Assembly (NCBI GenBank): GCA_963828195.1
Contig: CAWHDT010000005.1
Coordinates: 890,116-954,115 of the forward strand
Direction of reading: 5' to 3'
DNA: 64,000 nucleotides
DNA from: Candidatus Bathyarchaeota archaeon
GTDB lineage: Archaea; Thermoproteota; Bathyarchaeia; Bathyarchaeales; Bathycorpusculaceae
Shown here one piece after another: positions 47,764-56,771 of the stretch (its first letter is position 1; each line of letters opens with the position of its first letter). Below the pieces are notes generated by a model. That model was not told where the DNA came from and made no database searches. It saw nothing but the letters and a program-made list of their open reading frames with translations. Position numbers and translations under genes: made by a program.

Positions 47764-49368
47764 TTAAGTTTTTTTCCAGAACTTGATTGTTCTGGATTTG
47801 GTGGTTTTGGTCGCGGTTGTGTCATCTTCGTCTTTGCCTGGGAATGGGAACAAGCCAGAGGGCTTAGATTTTGAGTTAACGCGGAAGTAGATTAAGCCTA
47901 TTGCCAACCATATTGCGGTGCCTGCGATGGCAAAGATACCTTCTGATGATGAAGCTCCTCCGCCGGCAAAGCTAAGATACACAATAGTAGCCATCATGAC
48001 GGCGTTAGCAGCGAAGCCTGCGATTGGAACTACCTTGCGTTTCAGTATGTTGCTGCGTTCTTTAGTGAATGCGATCAGTGCCACGATGTTTGTTATTCCA
48101 TACAGTAGGAAAGTACCGAAGTTTGATAGCAACGTAATTGACGTCAGGTTCGTTATTGTCAGTACTCCGAAAGACCCTATAGCAGCCGCAACCGCTGTCA
48201 TCACCCAAATTCCGATTGCTGGAGTGGCGTATTTTGGGTTCAGCTTGCTGAGTTGATAAGGCACTTCAGTGTCTCGGCTGATCGCGTAGGTTACTCTAAC
48301 GCCGGTGTTCATGCATGCAAGTGTAGTGCCTAATATTGCAGCGGCCACAATCGCCGCTATTATTAACTCCAGTGTGAATCCGTTGCCGCCGAGAAATACG
48401 TTTCCGAGGTTGCGAACCATATCGCCGATGGGGGCGCTTGAGACTGCGGCAGCGCTAAATCCTCTGTATACTTGGCCATTTTGCGTTATGGTGTAGCTGC
48501 TGTTCATCCATGCTTCAGCGCCGAAGTATTCAAACAGATAAGCAAAGGCCCCTTGGATAATCAATGACAGAATGATTGCTTTTGGAACAACTTTTGGGTC
48601 TTTGGCTTCTGCGGTGTATGCTGTTGCGGATTCGAATCCGACTAGTACTAAGATAGCGATGGTCGCTTGAAATAGCACAGTGCTAATGTCATGAGGTGTA
48701 ACTATTCCGCCAAGACTAGAGAACGTGAAGGATACATGCTGTGGATTTGTAAAACGGAAAACTAATGCCATGCTAGTTATGACGACCAGCATTCCGATTT
48801 GAACTACGTTAAGGAGAACGTTCGTTTTTGTTGATCCTTGAATTCCGCGGTAAGCAATGGCGCCTGTGACAACTGCAAATAAGCAGGCTATTGCGATTTC
48901 GCCTAAGGGTGAGATGCTGAAGCCAAGTACCGATAAAATCCATGTTAGCAAGATGGACATTGCTGCAACCATGACTCCTGGATAGACCCAGTAGTAGAGG
49001 TGAGATATCCAGCCGACCCCGAACTTTGCGTTTCTCGCTGAAGTGTTGCTGGCTCCGTTGTCTAGTAAGGCTCTTTGAGCAAAGTAATATGAACTGCCGG
49101 GACCCGCATCGGGGTAACGCCGCGCTAACCATGAATAAGATGCGGCAGTTAGGAACGCCAAAATTAATGCTAGTGTGAGGCCAAAAAATATGTCGTTGGC
49201 GGTTGAAGCGCCAGACGGGGAGGTCTGTGCGGCGTTTATCTGGAAAGTGAGCCATAAGAATGCTCCTGGAGCTATTAAGGCCATGGCGTTTATCGTTATA
49301 CCGCCTAGGCTGAGAGTTTTTTTCAATTGGGTCTTTTGCGTCTGTGTGCCTGTTGAGTCAGTAGAGAT
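47764..49368 (-). CDS. APC-superfamily (amino acid/cation) permease
   Basis: About 12 TMs; YPDAGPGSSYYF, VGFESATAYTAEAKDP, RVTYAISRD, KYATP; start is either TTG 49326 or ATC 49368. Confidence 0.9.
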   Translation of the reverse strand: MSTDSTGTQTQKTQLKKTLSLGGITINAMALIAPGAFLWLTFQINAAQTSPSGASTANDIFFGLTLALILAFLTAASYSWLARRYPDAGPGSSYYFAQRALLDNGASNTSARNAKFGVGWISHLYYWVYPGVMVAAMSILLTWILSVLGFSISPLGEIAIACLFAVVTGAIAYRGIQGSTKTNVLLNVVQIGMLVVITSMALVFRFTNPQHVSFTFSSLGGIVTPHDISTVLFQATIAILVLVGFESATAYTAEAKDPKVVPKAIILSLIIQGAFAYLFEYFGAEAWMNSSYTITQNGQVYRGFSAAAVSSAPIGDMVRNLGNVFLGGNGFTLELIIAAIVAAAILGTTLACMNTGVRVTYAISRDTEVPYQLSKLNPKYATPAIGIWVMTAVAAAIGSFGVLTITNLTSITLLSNFGTFLLYGITNIVALIAFTKERSNILKRKVVPIAGFAANAVMMATIVYLSFAGGGASSSEGIFAIAGTAIWLAIGLIYFRVNSKSKPSGLFPFPGKDEDDTTATKTTKSRTIKFWKKT

Positions 49369-49495
49369 CTATTTTCCCTCCTCGGAGCGTCAAGCTGAAA
49401 ATATCGGAAAGTAGCGATTTGCCTTTTTTAACGAGCAGCGTGTCGTGCTTTCTGCTTGATTTTTTTACATTTGGAGATTCCATTCTCTTTTTCAT
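49358..49495 (-). CDS. 45-aa basic microprotein/leader ORF upstream of the APC permease
   Basis: MKKRMESPNVKKSSRKHDTLLVKKGKSLLSDIFSLTLRGGKIDLY; TCGGTGTTA upstream as for the 47451 ORF. Confidence 0.45.
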   Translation of the reverse strand: MKKRMESPNVKKSSRKHDTLLVKKGKSLLSDIFSLTLRGGKIDLY

Positions 49496-49538
49496 CTAGT
49501 AACACCGAACTATTGGTACATAAAGCAAGTTTAGGGAA

Positions 49539-49577
49539 ATATAAACCTAATTAAGATTTGTTCATAATAATTATGAT
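49539..49577 (-). promoter_or_regulatory. Island box 2 plus TATA (APC operon)
   Basis: Minus strand ATCATAA-TTA-TTATGAA-CAA-ATCTTAA (box starts 49567); TTTATAT starts 49545. Confidence 0.75.
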
Positions 49578-49863
49578 TGACTGTAAGTATTTCCATAAAA
49601 ACAATAAATTTATGCACAAAAGCCCATTAATTGACTTATTCATTGCGCAAAAAGAAAAAATTGAATGCAGGGAGATAACTTGTTTTGAGGCGGCTCAATC
49701 AATTTCTTTAAAAAAGAATATCAACAGATCTCGGATTCCACAATTTTTTCTTACTAACTTTAAGCGCCGTACAGCAATTTCGGTGCCATAAATGACTTTG
49801 TGAGGAAATTTGAAGAGGCAGCTTAATTTTAAAAACTTAGAAAATGTTGCTGAGCGAATAAAC

Positions 49864-49971
49864 TCAGGAGGGTAGTTTGCCATTTTTTATTTCTGAGCGA
49901 AGTCTGTAGCCGATTGTTGCTATTGAACCGAATATAACACATGTCCAGACTAAATCTAATAATCCCAACAT
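49864..49971 (-). CDS. 35-aa single-TM microprotein, KdpF-like size (MLGLLDLVWTCVIFGSIATIGYRLRSEIKNGKLPS)
   Basis: Hand-translated; paralogous to the 56327 ORF; under box 3 promoter. Confidence 0.65.
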   Translation of the reverse strand: MLGLLDLVWTCVIFGSIATIGYRLRSEIKNGKLPS

Positions 49972-50023
49972 TCTTCCACTCACTTGTCATTATATTGAAC
50001 AATTTTTGTTGGAGCATCAGCCT

Positions 50024-50062
50024 ATATAAATGTAATTGTGAAGTGTTCATAACTTTTATGAA
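50024..50062 (-). promoter_or_regulatory. Island box 3 plus TATA
   Basis: Minus strand TTCATAA-AAG-TTATGAA-CAC-TTCACAA (box starts 50052); TTTATAT starts 50030. Confidence 0.75.
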
Positions 50063-50340
50063 AAACAAGAATACTGTGCAATCAATTTTAAAAGAATTAG
50101 ACGTTTGGCTTGGAAATTTTAGTTTAGTTGGGCATTGGACTACGCCCGTCGTATGATAGAAAGCAGAAACCCTTTAAGGTTCTTTTCTTGAGAGAGAAGT
50201 CAACCGTTTCTTTTTGGCAAGAAATCTGTAATTCAGAATAATATCTTTTCAACATGTTTTCTTGGCTCCACGGTTATGAAGCATTCATGTTTTCAATTAT
50301 ACACCGTTTTCATGTAAATTGGTTCAATTTTTCTGAGAAA

Positions 50341-50369
50341 TTATGTGCAAATCACAAATAGCTTTATTA
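50341..50369 (+). promoter_or_regulatory. Island box 4 plus TATA (probable lrp-kdpABC promoter)
   Basis: TTATGTG-CAA-ATCACAA at 50341; TTTATTA at 50363. Confidence 0.7.
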
Positions 50370-50420
50370 GGTAAAGACGTTATGAGTTAGAAAGTTAAGG
50401 AGAAGAATAAATTGCAGAGC

Positions 50421-50529
50421 TTTACGACCCTGTTTCAGATGAGAACTGGATCAGCGGCTTTCGCTTTTCTAAATCGAAGCTTTTCGATTGAGAAGCGGGC
50501 AAAAGTTGAAGGGATTTCACAGTCGTAAA
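50421..50529 (+). ncRNA. Candidate structured 5' leader of the kdp operon (overlaps a 38-codon TTG ORF 50412-50528)
   Basis: TTTACGAC/GTCGTAAA closing stem enclosing CTGTTTCAG/CTGGATCAG and CGCTTTTC-AATCGAA/TTCGATT-GAGAAGCG hairpins. Confidence 0.4.
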
Positions 50530-50560
50530 AACGCGCGATTAGCGAATTATGGTGATTTAT

Positions 50561-50659
50561 ATGAAAAATATGTGCACTGAATGTTCGTTGCGAAATGCTC
50601 TTGGAGATAGCATTGATTCAACAGTAGAGATCATTTCCCTTGCGGAAAGGATAGTTTAA
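50561..50659 (+). CDS. 32-aa ORF (MKNMCTECSLRNALGDSIDSTVEIISLAERIV)
   Basis: GGTGA RBS; stop ends 2 nt before the Lrp-domain ATG. Confidence 0.45.
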   Translation: MKNMCTECSLRNALGDSIDSTVEIISLAERIV

Positions 50660-50661
50660 TT

Positions 50662-50952
50662 ATGAATCGGTTGTTGGCATCTGTTAACATATTCGTGGAG
50701 CCGTCCCAAAAAGATTATGTGTTGACAGCTCTCGCCGAACTCAAAAACATCGAAGAAGTCTACGATGTGGCGGGAGAGTACGACATAGTTTCTTTAGTTT
50801 CTGCCTCTTGCGTTGAAGAGTTCAGGGATGTGCTACATAAGAAGATAATGAAGATTAAAGGCATAAAGAGCACTATTGTAACTATAATTTTGCAGCCTCA
50901 CAAAGGGCCAAGATGTTTAGCCGTAAAAGCTAATACTTCAGTTGCAAAATAG
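50662..50952 (+). CDS. Stand-alone Lrp/AsnC ligand-binding (RAM) domain protein
   Basis: EVYDVAGEYDIV...IKGIKST; no HTH. Confidence 0.88.
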   Translation: MNRLLASVNIFVEPSQKDYVLTALAELKNIEEVYDVAGEYDIVSLVSASCVEEFRDVLHKKIMKIKGIKSTIVTIILQPHKGPRCLAVKANTSVAK

Positions 50953-51011
50953 ATAAAAGGAGCGGAAAGGAGCCATAGTGAATAAAAATGTTTTCTGGAG
51001 TTTCGGATTGA

Positions 51012-52670
51012 TTGATAAATGCAGTTCAAGCGCTGGCAGTCGTTCTAATTATCGGTGCAGCATTAGTTTTAGCGAAGCTTATAGCGCCATACCTAGTCGC
51101 AGTTTATAATCGGAAACCAAGCCGTTTAGACAAAATATTTAATCCAATTGAAAACTTCATTTACAAAATCATCGGCGTAGACACAGAGCAGACAATGGGT
51201 TGGAAGCAGTACTTCCTAGCAGCCCTATATGTGAACATTGCTATGATCATCATCGCCTTTCTAATCATGGTCTTCCAAGGCAGCTTACCCCTTAACCCCA
51301 TGCATTTCCCCGACATACACCCAGACCTTGCCTTCATGCAAGCAGTCTCCTTCGCAACAAACACAGACCTTCAACATTATAGCGGCGAAGCCACATTCTC
51401 TTATCTTAGCCAAATAAGCGTCCTCCAATGGCTTCAATTTGCCTCCCCAATCACGGGAATATGCGTAGGCATCGCATTTATCCGAGGATTAATCCCCACT
51501 TCAAAAGACATGGGTAACTTCTATGTTGACTTTACCAGATCTATTACAAGAATTTTCTTGCCCCTAGCCTTTGTAGCTTCAATCGTCCTTCTCGCTTTGG
51601 GTGTGCCTCAAACTCTCAGCGGCTACACTACATTGACGACTATCCAGGGAGCTTCACAAACAATTCTATCTGGACCTGTTGCTTCCCTAGACGGCATAAT
51701 GCAATTGGGCACAAACGGCGGCGGCTTTTACGGTGCAAACGCTGCGTACCCCTTCATGAACCCATCCCAATTCACGGACGTCATCATGATACTGCTAATG
51801 CTTCTGCTTCCTCTAGCTTTGCTCTTTGTTTTCGGCGAAATGATAGGCAAAAAACGCGAATCGATACCGCTTATTGGGGGCACTTTGATTCTTGGCGGAG
51901 CTTGTCTAGCTTTAGCGTTTTCTCCATCGCTTCCCGCGGTTGGTCCGGGAATTGAAACTCGGTTCGGCGGTTTCTCTTCCACTTTGTGGACTGTAATAAC
52001 AACCATGTGCACAACTGGCTCTGTTAACGCTTCTCTTTCAGGTATTCATCCTCTGGGGATAACTTCTGGTTTCTTGGGGATGTTCATTCAGTCGATTCCA
52101 GGCGGGAAAGGAGTTGGAATGATGTACATGGTAATGTTCGTTTTAATTACCGTCTTCGTTGTTGGGTTGATGTCTGGAAGAACCCCTGAATACCTAAGCG
52201 TCAAAATCACTGGCCGCGACGTAATGCTCGTCATGGTGGCTTTCCTACTCCACCCCATTACCACACTAATTCCAACAGTGACGGCGTATGCTTCGGGCGC
52301 AGCGGCATCCATTGGCGTCAACGGAAGCTCTACAGGTTTCACACAAATCCTTTGGGAATTCACGTCCGCAGCGGCAAACAACGGATCTGACTTCCTGGGC
52401 GCCCAAGCAAATACCCCATTCTTCAACATAGCTTGCGCCATCGTCATTTTGGTAGGACGTTATGGTCCAATTCTAATCTTGCTTGCACTCTCAGGCTCCA
52501 TGATCGGGCGAAAACGAACTGGCACCACCACAGGACTCAAAACCGACACATTGCTGTTCACCGTGGTTCTAGTTGTCAGCATAATCATACTTGTAGTGTT
52601 ATCCTTCTTCCCGTTCTTGGCGATTGGACCAATTTCATCATTCTTCGGAGGGTTAAAGAATGGCTTCTGA
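51012..52670 (+). CDS. kdpA: K+-transporting ATPase subunit A
   Basis: SFATNTDLQHYSGE, MGNFYVD, LGTNGGGF, GLMSGRTPEYL, SAAANNGS. Confidence 0.96.
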   Translation: MINAVQALAVVLIIGAALVLAKLIAPYLVAVYNRKPSRLDKIFNPIENFIYKIIGVDTEQTMGWKQYFLAALYVNIAMIIIAFLIMVFQGSLPLNPMHFPDIHPDLAFMQAVSFATNTDLQHYSGEATFSYLSQISVLQWLQFASPITGICVGIAFIRGLIPTSKDMGNFYVDFTRSITRIFLPLAFVASIVLLALGVPQTLSGYTTLTTIQGASQTILSGPVASLDGIMQLGTNGGGFYGANAAYPFMNPSQFTDVIMILLMLLLPLALLFVFGEMIGKKRESIPLIGGTLILGGACLALAFSPSLPAVGPGIETRFGGFSSTLWTVITTMCTTGSVNASLSGIHPLGITSGFLGMFIQSIPGGKGVGMMYMVMFVLITVFVVGLMSGRTPEYLSVKITGRDVMLVMVAFLLHPITTLIPTVTAYASGAAASIGVNGSSTGFTQILWEFTSAAANNGSDFLGAQANTPFFNIACAIVILVGRYGPILILLALSGSMIGRKRTGTTTGLKTDTLLFTVVLVVSIIILVVLSFFPFLAIGPISSFFGGLKNGF

Positions 52671-54840
52671 TGATGCGAAAACTTCGGTGCCCGTAAAAAG
52701 TGGCGAATCAGCCTCTGGAGGAATGGTGCTCTCTAAAAAAGTGCTGATTGACTCGTTAATCCGTTTAAGCCCTAAATCACTGCGCAAAAACGTAGTGATG
52801 CTGATAGTTGAAATCACCTTCTTCATTGTGGCAGCAATGGCTATCGTTCCACAGGCTTTCGGGTCAGTAGCCAGCGTCAACCTACGAGGCTTCTATATTG
52901 CGGTCGCCGCAATTCTCCTTCTAACAGTTTGGTTCAGCACACTCTCCGATGCCCTTGCTGAGCAACAGGCAAAAAGCACAGCCGGCGCCCTGCGAAAACT
53001 GGAAACTGAAGTGCCGGCCAAAAAAATTATAACAGAAGAATGGACGAGAAAGATAGTCGATGTGAAATCGACTGAACTGCGAAAAGACGATCTTATCCTG
53101 ATTGAAAAAGGAGACGTTGTTCCCCTAGACGCTGACATACTGGAAGGAATTGCCATGGTTGACGAGTCACTTGTGACGGGCGAATCCGCTCCGGTTCGGA
53201 AGGCACCCGGAGACTCACTTATCGGAGGCTCACGACTAGTCAGCGATACCTTGACCGCAAAGGTCACGACGAATCCTGGCGAAACCTTCATTGATCAAAT
53301 GATAAAGATGGTTGAATCCTCCAAGAGACCAAAGACGCCCAACGAAGTTGCAATAACCATCGTGCTGATTGGATTAACCGCCATCTTCACCATCATAATA
53401 CTTACCTTGCTAGGCGTGTCAGTGGCGCTGGGTTTGGGCGCTGACCTCTCCGTGCTAATCGCACTTTACGTTTGCCTCCTCCCAACAACCATCGGCGCTT
53501 TGCTTCCAGCTATTGGACTTTCAGGAATGTCCAGACTCTACAAGAGTAAAATAATTGCAAAGTCCGGCAAAGCTATAGAAACCGCTGGCGACGCAGATGT
53601 CGTTCTCCTCGACAAAACAGGCACCATCACTGTGGGAAACAGGCAAGCAATTAAGTTCGTACCTATGGAGGGATTCACCGATGAAGAAGTGGGAGAAGCA
53701 GCTTTTCTTTCGTCATGGCATGATGATACTCCCGAAGGACGCAGCATACTCAAACTCGCATACGAGAAAGGTTTCCTACCAAAAGAACTGAACTCTCTCG
53801 CACTTTCAGAAACTTACCCGTTCTCAGCCAGCACCCGCACAAGCGGAGTAAAAATAACCAACGTAGGCTTAACGCTTCCAAAAGGCGATAAATCAGGACG
53901 GGACCGACTGAGAATCAGAAGAAAATCCTCAACAATAACCGATCAAAGCGTTGCAGCAACTATTGAGCCTGAAATTGAAATCTTCAAAGGTGCTCCAGAA
54001 TCGCTTAAAAAAATTGTAGATTATATTCCTCCAAACTATGACCTTATCGTGGACGGGATATCTGCGGAGGGCGAAACACCTATAGCTGTAGCAAAAAACC
54101 GCCAAATCATCGGAATAATCAGGCTGAAAGACGTACTAAAAGAAGGCATAAAAGAAAAAATTGCGGCGCTTAAAGTAATGGGGATACGCCCCGTTATGAT
54201 AACTGGGGACCAACCGCTCACTGCAAAAAATATCGCGACCGAGGTTGGAATCGACGAATATGTAGCGCAGGCCAAACCCGAGGACAAGTACAACATCGCC
54301 AAGAAGGAGCAAGCTGAAGGCAGAATCGTCGCAATGATCGGCGATGGAAGCAATGATGCCCCAGCCCTTGCAGCCGCCGACGTGGGTCTCGCCATGAACT
54401 CAGGCACAGAAGCTGCTAAAGAGGCAGCGAACATGGTTGACTTAGAATCGAACCCAGCAAAAATAATTGATGTTGTCATGCTTGGAAAACAGTTGCTTAT
54501 GACTCGAGGCGCCGTTACTGCTTTTAGCATAGCCAACGACGTATCCAAGTACTTCGCAATCATGCCTTTTATCATGGCAACAGCCATTCCATCGCTAAAC
54601 GCTCTGAACATCCTACATTTATACAACCTGCAAAGCGCCGTCCTGTCAGCTCTCATATTCAACGCTATCGTCATTCCGCTTTTAATTCCGCTTGCCATGC
54701 GAGGAATCGCTTTCAAACCCACAAGCACCATGAAGCTTTTCCTCAAAAACACTTTAATCTACGGTGTGGGCGGCGTTATTGTGCCATTTGTCGGAATTAA
54801 ATTGATAGATCTATTCCTTGGAGGAGTACTTCACTTTTAG
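52660..54840 (+). CDS. kdpB: K+-transporting P-type ATPase subunit B
   Basis: TGESAPV, CLLPTTIG, DKTGT, MITGD, GDGSNDAPAL, TAFSIANDVSKYF. Confidence 0.97.
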   Translation: MASDDAKTSVPVKSGESASGGMVLSKKVLIDSLIRLSPKSLRKNVVMLIVEITFFIVAAMAIVPQAFGSVASVNLRGFYIAVAAILLLTVWFSTLSDALAEQQAKSTAGALRKLETEVPAKKIITEEWTRKIVDVKSTELRKDDLILIEKGDVVPLDADILEGIAMVDESLVTGESAPVRKAPGDSLIGGSRLVSDTLTAKVTTNPGETFIDQMIKMVESSKRPKTPNEVAITIVLIGLTAIFTIIILTLLGVSVALGLGADLSVLIALYVCLLPTTIGALLPAIGLSGMSRLYKSKIIAKSGKAIETAGDADVVLLDKTGTITVGNRQAIKFVPMEGFTDEEVGEAAFLSSWHDDTPEGRSILKLAYEKGFLPKELNSLALSETYPFSASTRTSGVKITNVGLTLPKGDKSGRDRLRIRRKSSTITDQSVAATIEPEIEIFKGAPESLKKIVDYIPPNYDLIVDGISAEGETPIAVAKNRQIIGIIRLKDVLKEGIKEKIAALKVMGIRPVMITGDQPLTAKNIATEVGIDEYVAQAKPEDKYNIAKKEQAEGRIVAMIGDGSNDAPALAAADVGLAMNSGTEAAKEAANMVDLESNPAKIIDVVMLGKQLLMTRGAVTAFSIANDVSKYFAIMPFIMATAIPSLNALNILHLYNLQSAVLSALIFNAIVIPLLIPLAMRGIAFKPTSTMKLFLKNTLIYGVGGVIVPFVGIKLIDLFLGGVLHF

Positions 54841-54852
54841 GAAGCAAAGAAC

Positions 54853-55323
54853 ATGACAAATAAACAAAAACGAAAATGGAAACTGAAGAGTCTGAGACCG
54901 ATTATAGGTTTAACAGTGGTTTCGCTGTTGATTTGCGGAATACTTTTCCCACTTGTAATCACAGGCATAGGCCAAGCTCTCTTTCCCTATCAAGCGAACG
55001 GCGAACTTGTTCAGCTTAACGGGCAAAATGTAGGATCTGCTCTTATAGCTCAAAACTTCACTTCGCCCATGTTCTTCGAAGAAAGAAACGAGTCACAGTC
55101 AGCGTCAGGCGTAGACCCCGACATCACTCTCCAGCAAGCTTACTCGCAAATACCAGGAATAAGCAGTGCAACCGGAATTTCTGTCGGGTCCTTAACAAAT
55201 ATAGTGAATCAGAATCAGCAGGGAACGCTTTGGATCTTTGGCAGCCCATATGTTGACCCGCTGCAGCTTAATCTGCTGCTGATAAAAGATTACCCTTCAG
55301 TTTACAGTAACTTCACAGGGTAA
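54853..55323 (+). CDS. kdpC: K+-transporting ATPase subunit C (short form)
   Basis: LFPYQANG, GSALIAQNF, SASGVDPDIT. Confidence 0.92.
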   Translation: MTNKQKRKWKLKSLRPIIGLTVVSLLICGILFPLVITGIGQALFPYQANGELVQLNGQNVGSALIAQNFTSPMFFEERNESQSASGVDPDITLQQAYSQIPGISSATGISVGSLTNIVNQNQQGTLWIFGSPYVDPLQLNLLLIKDYPSVYSNFTG

Positions 55324-55503
55324 TATTCAGCCTTGGCAAACCCCAAGATTTGCTATGAGCTAAAACAAGCGATAGCCTTTTTAACATATGTCCAATTTTT
55401 CTACATATAGATCGTCTGTTTGTAACGTAAATGATGGAAGAACTATCTGCATGTAAGATAAAGTATAAATATTGGAAACTGATGTTCAATTGCAACGACC
55501 CAT

Positions 55504-55797
55504 ATGCCAAAGCTACTAGCATTCGTAGATATATTTGTTGAATCTCCAGAAATGGATCAAGTATTAGCCTCGCTTGCCCAATTGGAACACCTCGAAGAAC
55601 TATACGAAGTCACCGGCGAATTTGACATCGTAACCCTGGTATCAGCCGCCGACATAGAGGAATTTAGAGATATTCTCAAAAACAGGATAATGAAAATAAA
55701 AGGTGTAAAAAGCACTGTAAGCTCAATCGTCCTGAAAGCGCACAAAGGACCAAAATGCACCGAAGATAACGCCCCCGCAGCATCTTCATCCGTTTAA
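55504..55797 (+). CDS. Stand-alone Lrp/AsnC RAM domain protein
   Basis: LYEVTGEFDIV...IKGVKST..HKGPKC; paralog of 50662. Confidence 0.88.
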   Translation: MPKLLAFVDIFVESPEMDQVLASLAQLEHLEELYEVTGEFDIVTLVSAADIEEFRDILKNRIMKIKGVKSTVSSIVLKAHKGPKCTEDNAPAASSSV

Positions 55798-55901
55798 GAA
55801 AAACAGCGCTCTTTTGGATTCAGCACAGCATTTTCTTTTAAGTTGATTCTTTTTTAAAAATTAGAAAAAAAGATTTGGAAAAATTGGCTTTCTGTCTAAA
55901 G

Positions 55902-56144
55902 TTACATTGGTGACAGGACGATGGATGTCTCGGTACGGATTACACTGGGGTCTTTTTCGATTATTTTGTAAACAACTTGGTTTATGTCTTCGAGCGCTGG
56001 AGCTTCTAAAACGATTATTGCGTCATATCGACCGAAGATGGCGTCGGCGGAAACGATGCAGGTCCCTGTGACTTTTTCTTTTATTTTCTTAACGACGTCT
56101 AGTGATGTGCCTGGTTTGGTGCTTAAGAGTATGTATGCTTTCAA
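55902..56144 (-). CDS. Stand-alone Lrp/AsnC RAM domain protein (divergent subtype)
   Basis: KAYILLSTKPG...IFGRYDAII...VIRTETSIV. Confidence 0.85.
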   Translation of the reverse strand: MKAYILLSTKPGTSLDVVKKIKEKVTGTCIVSADAIFGRYDAIIVLEAPALEDINQVVYKIIEKDPSVIRTETSIVLSPM

Positions 56145-56244
56145 TTTTTTTTACCTCTTTTTTCCCTTTTTTCGTTTTACATTAACAGTATTAACGTATT
56201 ACCACATATAAATTTTCTGCTAATTTTAGACGTATGTCGAGTCT

Positions 56245-56283
56245 TTATGAAATATTATGAACAAATCACAACTGCATTTATAT
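56245..56283 (+). promoter_or_regulatory. Island box 5 plus TATA
   Basis: TTATGAA-ATA-TTATGAA-CAA-ATCACAA (box starts 56255); TTTATAT at 56277. Confidence 0.75.
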
Positions 56284-56326
56284 TTAGCCGAGCAAGTAAC
56301 TAATTATAAAATAAAATGGTGAAAAT

Positions 56327-56425
56327 ATGTTTGGAATAATCGATTTAGCTTCAATAGCCACAATCATCGGTTCATTTGCCTTTATCGCATACAGCATCAA
56401 ACTAGAACTCAAAATCAAGGCCTAA
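56327..56425 (+). CDS. 32-aa single-TM microprotein (MFGIIDLASIATIIGSFAFIAYSIKLELKIKA)
   Basis: GGTGA RBS; paralog of 49864-49971. Confidence 0.65.
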   Translation: MFGIIDLASIATIIGSFAFIAYSIKLELKIKA

Positions 56426-56771
56426 CAAACGAAAACTCCATTGCACCCTCAAAGCCCACACAAATCATCAACTCGAAGACCCAGAAACGCACTCCCTAGG
56501 TTTTCAGTCTTACAAAAGCTAATCGCCCCCTTTTTTTAGCCATAAATTTATTCTATGATACCCATGCCCCCCAGAAACTTTGCAAAAACTAAATGTGGGC
56601 ATCAGCACATATTTTTTAATAAAACAATAAAAACGGTCCAAATGACTGCGCTGACTCGCTAAATAGCTAATTTAGCGTTTGCGACTTATTTGAGAAATCT
56701 TTTAATCTTTGACCGCAATTATTCATCTTAGCGGATTACATCCGAAGAATTTAACCTTAAAGGTGATTTTC

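Noticed and set aside
50400-50660. c-di-AMP (ydaO) riboswitch upstream of kdp
   Set aside because: The conserved ydaO sequence blocks are not visible; kept only as an unclassified structure
42528-54752. Long antisense ORFs within smc, the APC permease and kdpB (e.g. 44763-45476, 54036-54752)
   Set aside because: Codon-bias shadows of well-supported genes on the opposite strand
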